IMG/VR virus record: IMGVR_UViG_3300010376_000065
Coordinates: 1-42,833 of that record
DNA: 42,833 nucleotides
Strand: one strand, 5' to 3'
Origin: a virus
Taxonomy: Duplodnaviria > Caudoviricetes
Shown here: positions 8,412-17,395 of the stretch, one piece after another
How positions within the stretch are numbered: the first letter of the stretch is position 1
Layout: the number at the start of each line of letters is the position of its first letter
Translations under genes and position numbers: made by a program
The notes under the pieces: generated by a model
What the model saw: the letters and a program-made list of their open reading frames with translations, nothing else
Database searches by the model: none
What the model was told of the DNA's origin: nothing

Positions 8412-8858
8412 ATGTCAAAGCGCGACGAAAATCTACCAGAAGACAATATGAAAGCCGTTGAACATGGCCTAACAGTTTATCAACGTACACAGGCCGAAGT
8501 AGGGCGTCTTACTAATGAACTGCAGGAGGCAAGAGCACGGATTGCTGAGTTAGAAGCCAAGGTTCAGGCGATGGAGAGCAACCGAAACATGGTTGAAACC
8601 ACTGCCGAACGCCATAAGCAAGAACGTGATGAGGCCGTATCACATCGTGCTATTTACGAAGCCTTTTTCACAAGTCTCTCTACAAGCATCTTGGCACAAT
8701 TCAGGGCCTTCAACATTCCAACCAAACCACTAGCCGAAAGAGGCTCTGCAAGTTTGGAGGCTTTAGCCGGGATCGCAGACATAGTAAAAACGGAGTTTCC
8801 ACGACACACAATGCCCCGGCTACCAGGAATAAAAGACGGAGATGGACGTGCAACGTAG
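8412..8858 (+). CDS. coiled-coil hypothetical protein
   Basis: GGGAG RBS; heptad-like EVGRLTNELQEARARIAELEAKVQAMES. Confidence 0.7.
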   Translation: MSKRDENLPEDNMKAVEHGLTVYQRTQAEVGRLTNELQEARARIAELEAKVQAMESNRNMVETTAERHKQERDEAVSHRAIYEAFFTSLSTSILAQFRAFNIPTKPLAERGSASLEALAGIADIVKTEFPRHTMPRLPGIKDGDGRAT

Positions 8859-8889
8859 ACAGTGCGGCGATTGCCAGCTCTGTTGCAAA

Positions 8890-8920
8890 CTCGTACCAGT
8901 GCATGATCCACTGGTACGAG
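8890..8920. repeat. perfect 12-bp inverted repeat CTCGTACCAGTG-7nt-CACTGGTACGAG
   Basis: Read directly from the sequence; intergenic. Confidence 0.8.
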
Positions 8921-8944
8921 ATATTATGATGGAGGAATAGAGCC

Positions 8945-9361
8945 ATGATGATGTACATACAGTTCAAGAACGACGATGCAATCGATCTCCTAATAACCAA
9001 AGGAACGAAAGCCCTTATAGACGGGATGGCACTGGCCTCCCTACTCGCCCCAGATAAGAAAGCAGAGGCTTGGTTCTGGATCGCAGAAGGCAAAGATAAT
9101 ATGGAAGGGAAATGGTGTGTCTTCTTCGGAATAAAATGGTCCGACATGAAACCAGAAGATGTAAGGGCACAGACCTGCTTCTACCCGTTTCCAAGCAAAG
9201 AGAAAGCAGCAGATTACGCTATCGCCGTGGCTGAAGGAATAAAGAAAGGAGGCCCGTCAACATTTGCAGGAATGATGGAAACTAGGACTGAAGATGTTGG
9301 ATTGAAAGAGAGCACAACAGAAGTACAAGAAATGTTGAAGCAAAAAGGACCCCGGGAGTGA
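8945..9361 (+). CDS. hypothetical protein
   Basis: GGAGG RBS. Confidence 0.7.
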   Translation: MMMYIQFKNDDAIDLLITKGTKALIDGMALASLLAPDKKAEAWFWIAEGKDNMEGKWCVFFGIKWSDMKPEDVRAQTCFYPFPSKEKAADYAIAVAEGIKKGGPSTFAGMMETRTEDVGLKESTTEVQEMLKQKGPRE

Positions 9362-9369
9362 TCCCGGGG
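9342..9369 (-). terminator. rho-independent terminator of the XRE gene
   Basis: 8-bp stem CCCCGGGA/TCCCGGGG followed by a T-run on the minus strand. Confidence 0.55.
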
Positions 9370-9412
9370 CCAAGTACCTAACGGCTCAAGTCTAGGGGGA
9401 ATTTAACCGCCG

Positions 9413-9820
9413 TTAGGATTCGTTAAACACCTTGAACAAGGCGTAAACTGCGAACAGGGCTCGCCGGCGCTTGTCGCCCTTCATCTTAAAACATTCTCCC
9501 AACAGCGCGACAACCCGGTGATCCCGCACCAGCTCCAGATGCTCAATTGGTATCGTGTGGTTCGCAGTACCCATAAGGTCGCTCACCGTGACACCAAGAG
9601 CATTGCCGATAAGCTGTAACCGACCGCCCCCAACTCGATTCACCCCCTTTTCGTATTTCTGTATTTGCTGGAACGTAACCCCAACGGCAGTCCCCAAATC
9701 CGTTTGGCTCATTTTCCTGAGTACACGATAGGCCCTCATCCGCTTGCCAATTTCAATGTCTGCGGGGAGAGCCTTCTTAGTGCGGGTTTGGACCGATCCC
9801 GCATATGCCACTTGCTCCAT
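9413..9820 (-). CDS. XRE-family HTH transcriptional regulator
   Basis: IGKRMRAYR...MSQTDLG..VGVTFQQIQKYEKGVNRV (alphaproteobacterial-type XRE); start reassigned to ATG 9820 with GGAGG RBS. Confidence 0.9.
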   Translation of the reverse strand: MEQVAYAGSVQTRTKKALPADIEIGKRMRAYRVLRKMSQTDLGTAVGVTFQQIQKYEKGVNRVGGGRLQLIGNALGVTVSDLMGTANHTIPIEHLELVRDHRVVALLGECFKMKGDKRRRALFAVYALFKVFNES

Positions 9821-9855
9821 CTCAGCCTCCTGGCTATTTGTAGTGGTAATTGTGC

Positions 9856-9892
9856 AAACTAGCACGCTGGAATATATGATACAACCTTGAAT
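9856..9892 (-). promoter_or_regulatory. sigma70-like promoter of the XRE gene
   Basis: ATTCAAGG-TTGTAT-17-TAGTTT with TG extended -10. Confidence 0.5.
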
Positions 9893-10012
9893 GCTATCCC
9901 CATATAATCTGATAGCCAGAAAGCCAGAGCCCACACTGGATTTCTTCCAGGTCCGAGTTCCTAGCAATAAAGGCCCGAAGACTCATCTGCCGGCGAATGT
10001 ATGATCCGCTCA

Positions 10013-10036
10013 GGTTGCGGGGTTGCGGGGTTGCGG
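10013..10036 (+). repeat. (GGTTGCGG)x3 array, copy 1
   Basis: Same octamer array as at 32828 and, inverted, at 33936. Confidence 0.85.
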
Positions 10037-10045
10037 CTTGGGGTG

Positions 10046-10234
10046 TTACCGTTTCCGCTGATCTGAGGTCGCGCACGCCCCGCGACGTTTGGTAAAGATG
10101 CGCTTCCATCCTAGTGGGTGGGAGTTGATGTAGCGCCAAGCGTTACAATCGGTTGAGATACAATTCATAAGATCACCGTGCGCATCGCGAATGATCCAAT
10201 GGCATTTACGTGTACGCGCGATTTCGGGGGTCAT
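10046..10234 (-). CDS. small Cys-rich phage protein
   Basis: MTPEIARTRKC...NCISTDCNAWRY...GAC pattern; internal ATG preferred as the start. Confidence 0.5.
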   Translation of the reverse strand: MTPEIARTRKCHWIIRDAHGDLMNCISTDCNAWRYINSHPLGWKRIFTKRRGACATSDQRKR

Positions 10235-10340
10235 TCGACTACGACCATCGAGGAAAAAGCTGGCGGTCGTAGGAAAGAGTCTATCAAACAATTGGAACTT
10301 GGTATAGAAAAAGATCCACTCCCACATGGCGGGACCTGCC

Positions 10341-10377
10341 TTTCAGCATTGCGCTCTGGGCATCAATATGCTATACT
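10341..10377 (+). promoter_or_regulatory. sigma70-like promoter
   Basis: TTTCAGCA-TTGCGC-17-TATACT with extended -10 TG. Confidence 0.65.
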
Positions 10378-10408
10378 ACCAGGATGGGGTTAGCAAGGGG
10401 TTTGAGCC

Positions 10409-10717
10409 ATGCACGAAGTACAACGTCAAGATATTGAGTCACTACGAAGGTGGTGGCGGCTGAAAAATGAACGTGGCAGCGATGCAGTGCCACACCCGGC
10501 TGAAAGATATATCCCAGTTGCCAACGGCAACCTGGACAACTATCGCTGGGTAACTGAAGAAGAGTTTGTGGCCGAACACCTGTTTGCCCACGATACCGAC
10601 AATTGGCTTTCGGCTTGGTTCGAAAATGGCTGTGATATGAGCAGCAAAGACTTTCAGGATGGCCCGATAGTGCTACCAATGTCCGACCGGCTAAAGACAT
10701 TATGGGGGATCAAATGA
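10409..10717 (+). CDS. hypothetical protein
   Basis: Follows the promoter; ATGA-coupled to the next gene. Confidence 0.65.
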   Translation: MHEVQRQDIESLRRWWRLKNERGSDAVPHPAERYIPVANGNLDNYRWVTEEEFVAEHLFAHDTDNWLSAWFENGCDMSSKDFQDGPIVLPMSDRLKTLWGIK

Positions 10718-10938
10718 CCGTAAGTAATAAGATTGCATTCCGCACCACACTTGGCTCTATAATCAAGCTGGCCCAAGATGCACAAAAGGCAGAGCACCCC
10801 ATGGAGTGGTATGCCAAGCTCTTGCCATGGGCTCGAAATATCATGGAAGATATGCACACTTTAGAACTCCAACCAGAACTCATATACACCAACACAGTCG
10901 GAATGGCTACAAGCAGGAACGTTTTAGACGATATGTAA
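10714..10938 (+). CDS. hypothetical protein
   Basis: ATGA overlap at 10714. Confidence 0.55.
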   Translation: MTVSNKIAFRTTLGSIIKLAQDAQKAEHPMEWYAKLLPWARNIMEDMHTLELQPELIYTNTVGMATSRNVLDDM

Positions 10939-11164
10939 GTGAGGGGGCGCTAGTGGCCGAGCCACGTGCTAAAGACAGGGCGGAAACGCCTCCAGGGGCA
11001 GGACCTGGGCGCTCCACCATTTGTGCTCGCATCATCTATTGGCCGGGGTGGTGCAAGGTTCTCCCGCACCAGTGGGATATGGGCTTTCATCCCGGCCACT
11101 CGATGAGGTGGTACTTCGTTTGTAGACGCTGCGGCAAGATCACCCAAGATATGAGTAAAACGCT

Positions 11165-11548
11165 ATGACTAAGAAAGAAGGCAAAGATAAGCTGATGTCC
11201 TCGGTTCTTGCAGATCTCCCGGTATATCAGCACAATGTCGTTAACAACAAACCAGAGAATCAATGGCTCATACATCAATGCCCTAATTTTGAATCAATAC
11301 CAGAAGAAGTAAAAGATAGAGCAGTCAACTGGCATAGTAACCTCTGTTTAATGTGCGGGAATAAAGGGTACCCCAGTCGATTTATCTTTGGAGAAAATTT
11401 AGAACGCAGAAAGTTCAACTTCGCCCTATACATATGCCAGAAGTGTGATGGGGATATTCGTGATATGGGGGCTCTGGGTGAAGAAGAAATAAACAAGGCT
11501 CTAAGTCAATTCGTGGATAAAATTGTCCTAATGGATAAAAAGAAATGA
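11165..11548 (+). CDS. putative zinc-binding protein
   Basis: CLMC...CQKC pairs. Confidence 0.65.
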   Translation: MTKKEGKDKLMSSVLADLPVYQHNVVNNKPENQWLIHQCPNFESIPEEVKDRAVNWHSNLCLMCGNKGYPSRFIFGENLERRKFNFALYICQKCDGDIRDMGALGEEEINKALSQFVDKIVLMDKKK

Positions 11549-11805
11549 CCCAGGCCCCAGGCCCAACGCTGAAAGAGCTTCAGGCTCTGCTAGACGATCT
11601 CTTAACCCTACAAACCATGCGAGGCATCGTTGAGACCGCTATTCGGCGACGAAGTAGTTCAACACTTCGGGAAACCCCAGCCATCGAACCATCCCGATCC
11701 AAGGATGAACTGGACCCTTAGAGACATCAAGGAGATGTTTCCAACGGGTAAGTTCACGGAGCCAATCAAGCTCGCCAAACCGAACTACGTGACCCTAAAT
11801 GAGTA

Positions 11806-12051
11806 ATGCCATTACTCTACTACACTCACGGGCTGGAATCGGACGAACCACGGAGTGATCAACCGTGCGGCCTGATTTCCACACGTTGTGGAGATTACTC
11901 CCGGATGCCGACTCCCGATGCAGCAGTCGCAAAGCGCCAATTGGGACCCCGTTTTGTCGAGACGCTGGTTCACGAGATAGGGGAGCGTGAGTGTACCGCG
12001 GCAACAATCAAGCTATACCTCCGTATGCCACCGTGGTATAATATGCAGTGA
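11806..12051 (+). CDS. hypothetical protein
   Basis: ORF in a plus-strand gene run. Confidence 0.45.
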   Translation: MPLLYYTHGLESDEPRSDQPCGLISTRCGDYSRMPTPDAAVAKRQLGPRFVETLVHEIGERECTAATIKLYLRMPPWYNMQ

Positions 12052-12073
12052 AGTAAGGCAAGGAGGTATTGCC

Positions 12074-12445
12074 ATGGAACACCAGAAAGTCAAAACATTA
12101 GGCTCACAGGTCTTGGACCGGCGAGGCAAGCTTCTGCGTTGGGCAGAGCTAGTGAAGGGAACCCCGCGTGTTCTTGCCTTGTTCGACATGCTGGAAAACA
12201 AAACGCAATCGTGGCGGAAGAGTACTGTTGCTCAAACCGCCCTCGGCGACTTTGCCACGGCCATGACAGTCGCAACCAGGGATCCGGTGCTCAATGCCGC
12301 GGGGCTGGCTCCTAATGCCAGCATTCAGGGGCTCATGGATTTCTTTGAAATCCTGCCGGCAGACCTTCATGCCTTCAGTTGCAACTGCGGCGGCGAAATA
12401 GACAACCAATCACAAGCAGAGGGAATTGCGAGGTTAGCCGGGTAG
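12074..12445 (+). CDS. conserved hypothetical protein (Rhizobiales-type)
   Basis: AGGAGGT RBS gives start 12074; RRGKLLRWAELV...DPVLNAAGL...FFEI...LH...CNC pattern; TG-TATAAT at 12034-12042 upstream. Confidence 0.7.
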   Translation: MEHQKVKTLGSQVLDRRGKLLRWAELVKGTPRVLALFDMLENKTQSWRKSTVAQTALGDFATAMTVATRDPVLNAAGLAPNASIQGLMDFFEILPADLHAFSCNCGGEIDNQSQAEGIARLAG

Positions 12446-12576
12446 TCAGACTGCTCTCGTCTCGGCTGACTGGTGCGGAGGAAGGCGCTAGAGTTTGCAT
12501 GGCTCCTCGCGCCGCCCCGCGGCGGGGTCCCTGGTTTGAACAGGAGCCTGGGACCCCGCACTTCATGGAGGTTGGA

Positions 12577-13026
12577 ATGGGCAGGCGAAGGGAAGTAGAT
12601 ATGGGCCAGAAACCAGGGCGTAAGAGCCCGGAAGGGCTAGAGCGGGTTCACGACAACTATTTCCTGGGCCGGGCGCCGTGTCCCAAGTGCCCGTTCCGCA
12701 AGGGCAGTCTGCGCGGATGGCTGGGTCCGTGGCAATTGGAGGAGCTGCTAATCCACATTGGCCGCGGGCTATTCCCCTGCCACCTGACGATCAAGGAAGA
12801 TGACATGAGCACCAGCGACCCCGAGCTGCGAGGATGTGCCGGGATGGTAATCTTTCTCAACAACAAGCTTGAGCGATCACGGCATCCTATCAACGCCTAC
12901 CATCAGGGGCTGGTGAAGAATGTCCCCCAGGCCATCAAAGAGAGCATTTTCGGAACTGCAGAGCAGTTTCGAACGCACCACGACCGCACCCAAGTCATCA
13001 AGGACTTGGGCACAGTCAAAGAATAG
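12577..13026 (+). CDS. Cys/His metal-binding protein (DUF6283-like)
   Basis: PCPKCPFR...FPCH...CAG; GGAGG RBS at 12567. Confidence 0.65.
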   Translation: MGRRREVDMGQKPGRKSPEGLERVHDNYFLGRAPCPKCPFRKGSLRGWLGPWQLEELLIHIGRGLFPCHLTIKEDDMSTSDPELRGCAGMVIFLNNKLERSRHPINAYHQGLVKNVPQAIKESIFGTAEQFRTHHDRTQVIKDLGTVKE

Positions 13027-13233
13027 GAACCCCGCCAGGACGCGACCCTACGCAACCATTGGTGACAACGGGCGAACGGCGGTCCTACTGCCCAGCGGTA
13101 GGGTCGTCGTAACAAGGCACGGTTCAGCTTAGTCCTTGGCGGGAGTGCCATAGCCGTGAAACCGTGCAAAGTCACCCTCGGGGTCCCTGGTGGGGACCCC
13201 GAGCCCGCTGGGAGCGGGCTTGAGGAGGATACC

Positions 13234-13422
13234 ATGGAGTGGGTTGTCGTATTCTGGGGTATCTGTAACCACATCCCTTGCAACATCCGTGTTGGCGATG
13301 CAGAGTACACCGACCTCGCGGCGTGCGTGGTCGTAATCGATAAGATGAACATGGTCCCCGGACACCATCCCGCCTACCTATGCCGCCAGAAGAAGGACAC
13401 CGAGGCTGGGCCTGGCGAATAA
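13234..13422 (+). CDS. small Cys-containing protein
   Basis: GAGGAGG RBS before ATG 13234. Confidence 0.65.
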   Translation: MEWVVVFWGICNHIPCNIRVGDAEYTDLAACVVVIDKMNMVPGHHPAYLCRQKKDTEAGPGE

Positions 13423-13424
13423 AC

Positions 13425-13461
13425 AATCAAGCTTGCACTCACCGCTTCATAGTGGTACAAT
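13425..13461 (+). promoter_or_regulatory. sigma70-like promoter
   Basis: AATCAAGC-TTGCAC-17-TACAAT with TG extension. Confidence 0.7.
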
Positions 13462-13505
13462 ACTATGATGCTGCGGCATAGGGCCGCAGCCATGGAGGTT
13501 GAGCC

Positions 13506-13760
13506 ATGCAAGCCAGACCACGCATGATTCCGGCTGGGCCACGAATGATCGAAACTGGATTTTTGGGGCCAGCCATAGACGAGTGCAAAGAGCTTACCAC
13601 CGACGAATGTCGCAATGCCGTAGGCGGCTTGCTGGAAAAATATAGCCTGACACAGTTGGCCGCGGCCTTGTTTATCAACATCGGCGACTTCTCCCTATAC
13701 AATTGCCTGGATGCGGCTTACGAGCTGGTGGCCGCGGCCAAGGACGAGGAGGAGACATGA
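13506..13760 (+). CDS. hypothetical protein
   Basis: GGAGGT RBS. Confidence 0.65.
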   Translation: MQARPRMIPAGPRMIETGFLGPAIDECKELTTDECRNAVGGLLEKYSLTQLAAALFINIGDFSLYNCLDAAYELVAAAKDEEET

Positions 13761-14170
13761 TAAACCCCAAGCTCCGCGAAGAAGCACTAAAGGACCTTGG
13801 CGTCCTGATCGAGGCTGCCAAGGGCCTCCAAATGCACGTTGCCGAGCACGGCGTCTGGGCGCACTGGGAAAAGCACCAGATGCGCCGGTTTCAAAAGGCC
13901 GTGGCTGTGATCAGTGACCTGTTCTATACAGGCACGTATAACCCCGACCCCAAAGATCAGGGGAGGCTACTTGGCGCCGAAACCTGCCCGGCATCGCTGT
14001 TTTTCGAAGCCGTGTTTGCGCCAGCCAGGATGGAAGCGCAACCAACCTATGGGAAGTGCTTGGATTTGGGTATGCGGGCTGGATTCACCGAAGAGCAAAC
14101 GAAGGGGTTCATAGCCTCGGCCTGCGTGCTCGGCATAATCAACATAGACCCACCGGAGGGTAAGAAGTGA
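13757..14170 (+). CDS. hypothetical protein
   Basis: GAGGAGG RBS; ATGA overlap. Confidence 0.7.
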   Translation: MINPKLREEALKDLGVLIEAAKGLQMHVAEHGVWAHWEKHQMRRFQKAVAVISDLFYTGTYNPDPKDQGRLLGAETCPASLFFEAVFAPARMEAQPTYGKCLDLGMRAGFTEEQTKGFIASACVLGIINIDPPEGKK

Positions 14171-14406
14171 TGGTCGCAGGCTGGGCGTCGATTTCGCAAA
14201 TTTACTGGATAGCGCGGGACTATGTTGGGAGCGCTGATATGGAGGTGATGCTGAAGCGCATGGAGGCTGTAGCCGGGAATGCAAGTCTCCGAGAGACCAT
14301 GGTACGACTAGGAGCCTACCATCAAGATCACAGGGACGAGGGTCTGGAGCCCGAGTCTCACTTTAGTTCGATAAGCGCGGTGAAGGCCGCCGAAAGGAAC
14401 AAGTGA
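14167..14406 (+). CDS. hypothetical protein
   Basis: GTGA coupling; GGAGG RBS. Confidence 0.6.
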   Translation: MMVAGWASISQIYWIARDYVGSADMEVMLKRMEAVAGNASLRETMVRLGAYHQDHRDEGLEPESHFSSISAVKAAERNK

Positions 14407-14645
14407 TGGCACTGGGTCCCGGCAAATACGACAAAGAGTGCGACATGGTACACGCGAGCACCGGAGGATCGGTGCTCGTTATCGTGGTCGGCGGCGACAG
14501 GGGCCAAGGTTTCAGTTGCAAAGCCGATGCCGATACGCTGCTGTTCCTGCCTGAGATGTTAGAGGGGATAGCGGCACAGCTCCGCGAGGACCGACTGAAG
14601 ATGCTGCAAGACCCCGAGGAGTTTGTAGCCAAGGCGGGAGAGTAG
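14403..14645 (+). CDS. conserved small phage protein (GPGKYDxEC motif)
   Basis: Coupled to neighbours; motif resembles a soil-phage hypothetical family. Confidence 0.65.
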   Translation: MMALGPGKYDKECDMVHASTGGSVLVIVVGGDRGQGFSCKADADTLLFLPEMLEGIAAQLREDRLKMLQDPEEFVAKAGE

Positions 14646-14845
14646 TGATGGTGGGCAAAGACTACAAAGACCCGCGGACCATGTCCGACGAGGAGAATTA
14701 TCAGTATTTGCTCGACAACATTATCGAGCATTGCCAGATACTGAAGGCCGTAGGACACACCCCGAAGACGATGCACATGCTCGTGTGCCATGTTTGGCCG
14801 ATGTTCATACACATGGTCCCTGAGGAGAAGATAGGGAGGCACTGA
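14645..14845 (+). CDS. hypothetical protein
   Basis: Coupled; GGAG RBS. Confidence 0.55.
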   Translation: MMVGKDYKDPRTMSDEENYQYLLDNIIEHCQILKAVGHTPKTMHMLVCHVWPMFIHMVPEEKIGRH

Positions 14846-14848
14846 TCC

Positions 14849-15175
14849 ATGCCCCGCAAAGAGTTCAAACCAACACGAGCACAGATAAAGAAGTGGAAGG
14901 AAGATGTGAGGACTAGCCTCACTTTGGGCACAGTCCTCCACCAATACATGGCGGGACAGAAGACCGCAGAAGATGTACGTCAGGCTATGACCGCCTTCAT
15001 ATCCATGTGCAACCGATTGAAGACCGACCCAGACCTGAAAGCGATAGAAGAAATACACAAGCAGATGGCCCGGGATGAGCCGGAAACTATGCAAACGTTT
15101 CTCCGGTTGTTGGAAGATGGGCAGAAGATAATGACCAAGCTGCTGGCCCAATATCCTAGCCGGAAAATACACTAG
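14849..15175 (+). CDS. hypothetical protein
   Basis: GGAGG RBS. Confidence 0.65.
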   Translation: MPRKEFKPTRAQIKKWKEDVRTSLTLGTVLHQYMAGQKTAEDVRQAMTAFISMCNRLKTDPDLKAIEEIHKQMARDEPETMQTFLRLLEDGQKIMTKLLAQYPSRKIH

Positions 15176-15410
15176 GTCGGGGGTCTAGGTTCTAGGGGGA
15201 GAGGGCGGAGTTCCAGGGGGGAGCGTCTGGGGCCGGGGGGCTGGTGTCTGGATACCATCGCCTTTCCTCCTCGTCATCAAAATCTAAAAACTCCTCTCCA
15301 GTGCTCCAGAGGTATATAGATCGGCGTCGCGGGATGACTGTCTTCTGGGGGTTCTGGCTCGGGGCTGGTATATCAGGGGCGAACGAGGCGAGGCACTCAG
15401 GCCCATAGGG

Positions 15411-15446
15411 CAAAAGAAAGCGGCCCTTGGCTGAGCCAAGGGCCGC
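15411..15446 (-). terminator. rho-independent terminator
   Basis: 12-bp stem GCGGCCCTTGGC/GCCAAGGGCCGC followed by TTTCTTTTG on the minus strand, just after the stop at 15462. Confidence 0.85.
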
Positions 15447-15461
15447 GCTTGACGAGGCCGC

Positions 15462-15905
15462 TTACTTGGACTTTTTGGCCTGAGGCTTAGTAGCCTGACC
15501 CTGCGGGGCTGACTGAGCCGGGGCCTGAGCCGTGGCGGTCGGAACTACGCTGACCGCCTTGGCGACCGCAAAATGCGATGTGGGGTTGGCTGGGTCGAAG
15601 TGCATACCGTCGACCTTGAGAAAGGTATGGGGATGCCATGTGTACAGCCAACGAAGGTGGTTGATGACTTGGCGCGGCTTGAGGCCGAGCACGCTATTGC
15701 CGAGGTCGATGGCCGCTTGGACGGTTTTGGGTTGCTGGCCGAGGACCTTGATATAGAAAGTGTGGCCCTCTGCATTTTCGTGCCACGGGTTGGCGGGGAC
15801 GTTGTTTGGGCCGCCACCGAACTCGAGGGTTGCGGTTTTGGGGAAGCTGCCAACACCGACATACCAATTGTGGTGGGCTGACTTACCATTGACTTGAGTT
15901 GCCAT
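15462..15905 (-). CDS. basic hypothetical protein (NPW...KTV...HLRWLY domain) with an Ala/Gln/Lys tail
   Basis: Probable start ATG 15905; own terminator. Confidence 0.7.
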   Translation of the reverse strand: MATQVNGKSAHHNWYVGVGSFPKTATLEFGGGPNNVPANPWHENAEGHTFYIKVLGQQPKTVQAAIDLGNSVLGLKPRQVINHLRWLYTWHPHTFLKVDGMHFDPANPTSHFAVAKAVSVVPTATAQAPAQSAPQGQATKPQAKKSK

Positions 15906-16227
15906 AACGACACCCTTTGGGGTTGAGGGGTTGACCTTGGCGTTAGTGCCTGCCAACCATGACCCTAATATGGGCCATGCAAACTCGTTTGTAAAGCAAA
16001 AGATGCATGCAATTTTGCAACCCCGCTATGCGCTCATGCGATGTGAGCATGGCATGTGATATACCAATGCGACCGATGCACGAATCGCTCCCCGACGCGA
16101 ACGATTCGTTCCGGGCGAAAGACTCCCTCAGCCGGGAGGCTATACAGGGGACTCTCTCTGTGCCGAATGATTCGTTCGCGGGGCCGAGTATGAGACGAGC
16201 GTGGACACGAATCCACGCTCACCAGCC

Positions 16228-16767
16228 TTACGAGCTGGGCTCAACAGCAATGAATCCCTTGCTATAGTCCCACCTCACGTCCTGTTTGGCCTTAGCCGGA
16301 CCGATTTTGTTTTGGCCCATGACATCGATATATTGCTGAACGGTCATGCCATTGCGATAGAAGCTATATCGCCATGCGGCCTTATCACGCTTGGGTTTAT
16401 CCTTGATTATGGTTATCACGCCATGTAGGGGCAGGTCCTTCTGATCCTTAAACTTGAGCACAGCCGGACCCCACGTCTTCTGCTTCTTGCCCTGGGGTGA
16501 TATTGTAGCCGGAGCGCTCGGGGCCTTCTGATCTGGAGTTATTGAGTCAAGCACACGAGGCTCAGTGATCTGTGCAGCCGGGAGTTGTGGTGGGGTTGTA
16601 ATCTCCGGCGGTCGTTGGTCTTCGGGGAGCAGTTCCCGGCCGACAAGGGGAGTTTGTGACCCGATCATGGCAGCACGAGTATCGTCCGCGACTCGTGTGT
16701 CTGGGGCTTGCTTGGCTCGGGCTTTGGCTCGTTCTTCGAGGTGTGTGAGATTGGGTTTGCGTGGCAT
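16228..16767 (-). CDS. hypothetical protein with a C-terminal PKR...Y..GMTV.QY...D.RWD...GFI domain
   Basis: AAGGA RBS; promoter TTGTTC-17-TAAAAT at 16802-16830 (-); paralogous to 21362..21694. Confidence 0.75.
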   Translation of the reverse strand: MPRKPNLTHLEERAKARAKQAPDTRVADDTRAAMIGSQTPLVGRELLPEDQRPPEITTPPQLPAAQITEPRVLDSITPDQKAPSAPATISPQGKKQKTWGPAVLKFKDQKDLPLHGVITIIKDKPKRDKAAWRYSFYRNGMTVQQYIDVMGQNKIGPAKAKQDVRWDYSKGFIAVEPSS

Positions 16768-16856
16768 AGATACACATCCTTTGGCTTCAAGTTATAGGGG
16801 TATTTTACCGCCAAGAATGTGTGTGAACAAGGCGGAGTTTTTCACGGTGGGCGGGA

Positions 16857-17079
16857 TGTACACACTCTTTTATACGTGGCTGCGCCTGCGCGCCCGCTCG
16901 CGTAAGATAGAACGAATCCGTGTACATTGTGTACAGTGTGTACAATTCTACTTATGCGCGCTTTATAGGGCTTCTTGCGTACACTTCGCTGTACACATGC
17001 TGGACAATGTACACAAAAACCCCGGCTCCAGGCCCCGAAACTCTAACCCTACACACAATGAACCACAAAGATGTGTACA
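16857..17079. repeat. cluster of TGTACA motifs, candidate replication origin
   Basis: Seven exact TGTACA at 16857, 16921, 16930, 16939, 16990, 17008 and 17074 in a non-coding gap; three are spaced 9 bp apart. Confidence 0.7.
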
Positions 17080-17098
17080 TCGCTAAAGGCCCCAATAC

Positions 17099-17395
17099 CT
17101 AGACATCTTCCTCCTCCCACCCTCTCCCAGCCCGAAGCTTCCCGACTATATCGTGTATGAGGTTATAATTGGTCATCTGGCACGAAGGACTACAATATAC
17201 CTGAGTGCTCCTATATGGGATAAACTCATTCGGGCATACGAGACATTTACGCATTTCCCTCCTATACAATGGCACGAGCTCCCTTCCGTTCCACCGCACC
17301 CTACATTCCAAGCTGCAATGTATCTGTGCATTGCTCTTAGGCACAAACCTCTTACCACAATGGCACTTTCTTAGCTTATCTCCAACCCTACTCAT
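17099..17395 (-). CDS. tandem zinc-finger protein
   Basis: CHCGKRF...HCSLEC and CLVCPNEF...YCSPSC. Confidence 0.7.
   Translation of the reverse strand: MSRVGDKLRKCHCGKRFVPKSNAQIHCSLECRVRWNGRELVPLYRREMRKCLVCPNEFIPYRSTQVYCSPSCQMTNYNLIHDIVGKLRAGRGWEEEDV

Noticed and set aside
9413-10377. Lysogeny switch / prophage interpretation
   Set aside because: No integrase, att site or CI peptidase domain and no host genes in the window; lifestyle cannot be determined
12443-13222. tRNA or hammerhead ribozyme within the structured intergenic regions
   Set aside because: No cloverleaf with a T-loop GTTCRA and no CTGANGA...GAAA core recognised; kept only as unclassified structure
14363-15172. 269-aa minus-strand ORF
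   Set aside because: Antisense to a run of coupled plus-strand genes with RBSs; no motifs
16565-17102. Plus-strand ORFs spanning the TGTACA array
   Set aside because: No RBS, antisense to 16228..16767, and the peptide merely reflects the DNA repeats (VHCVQCVQ)
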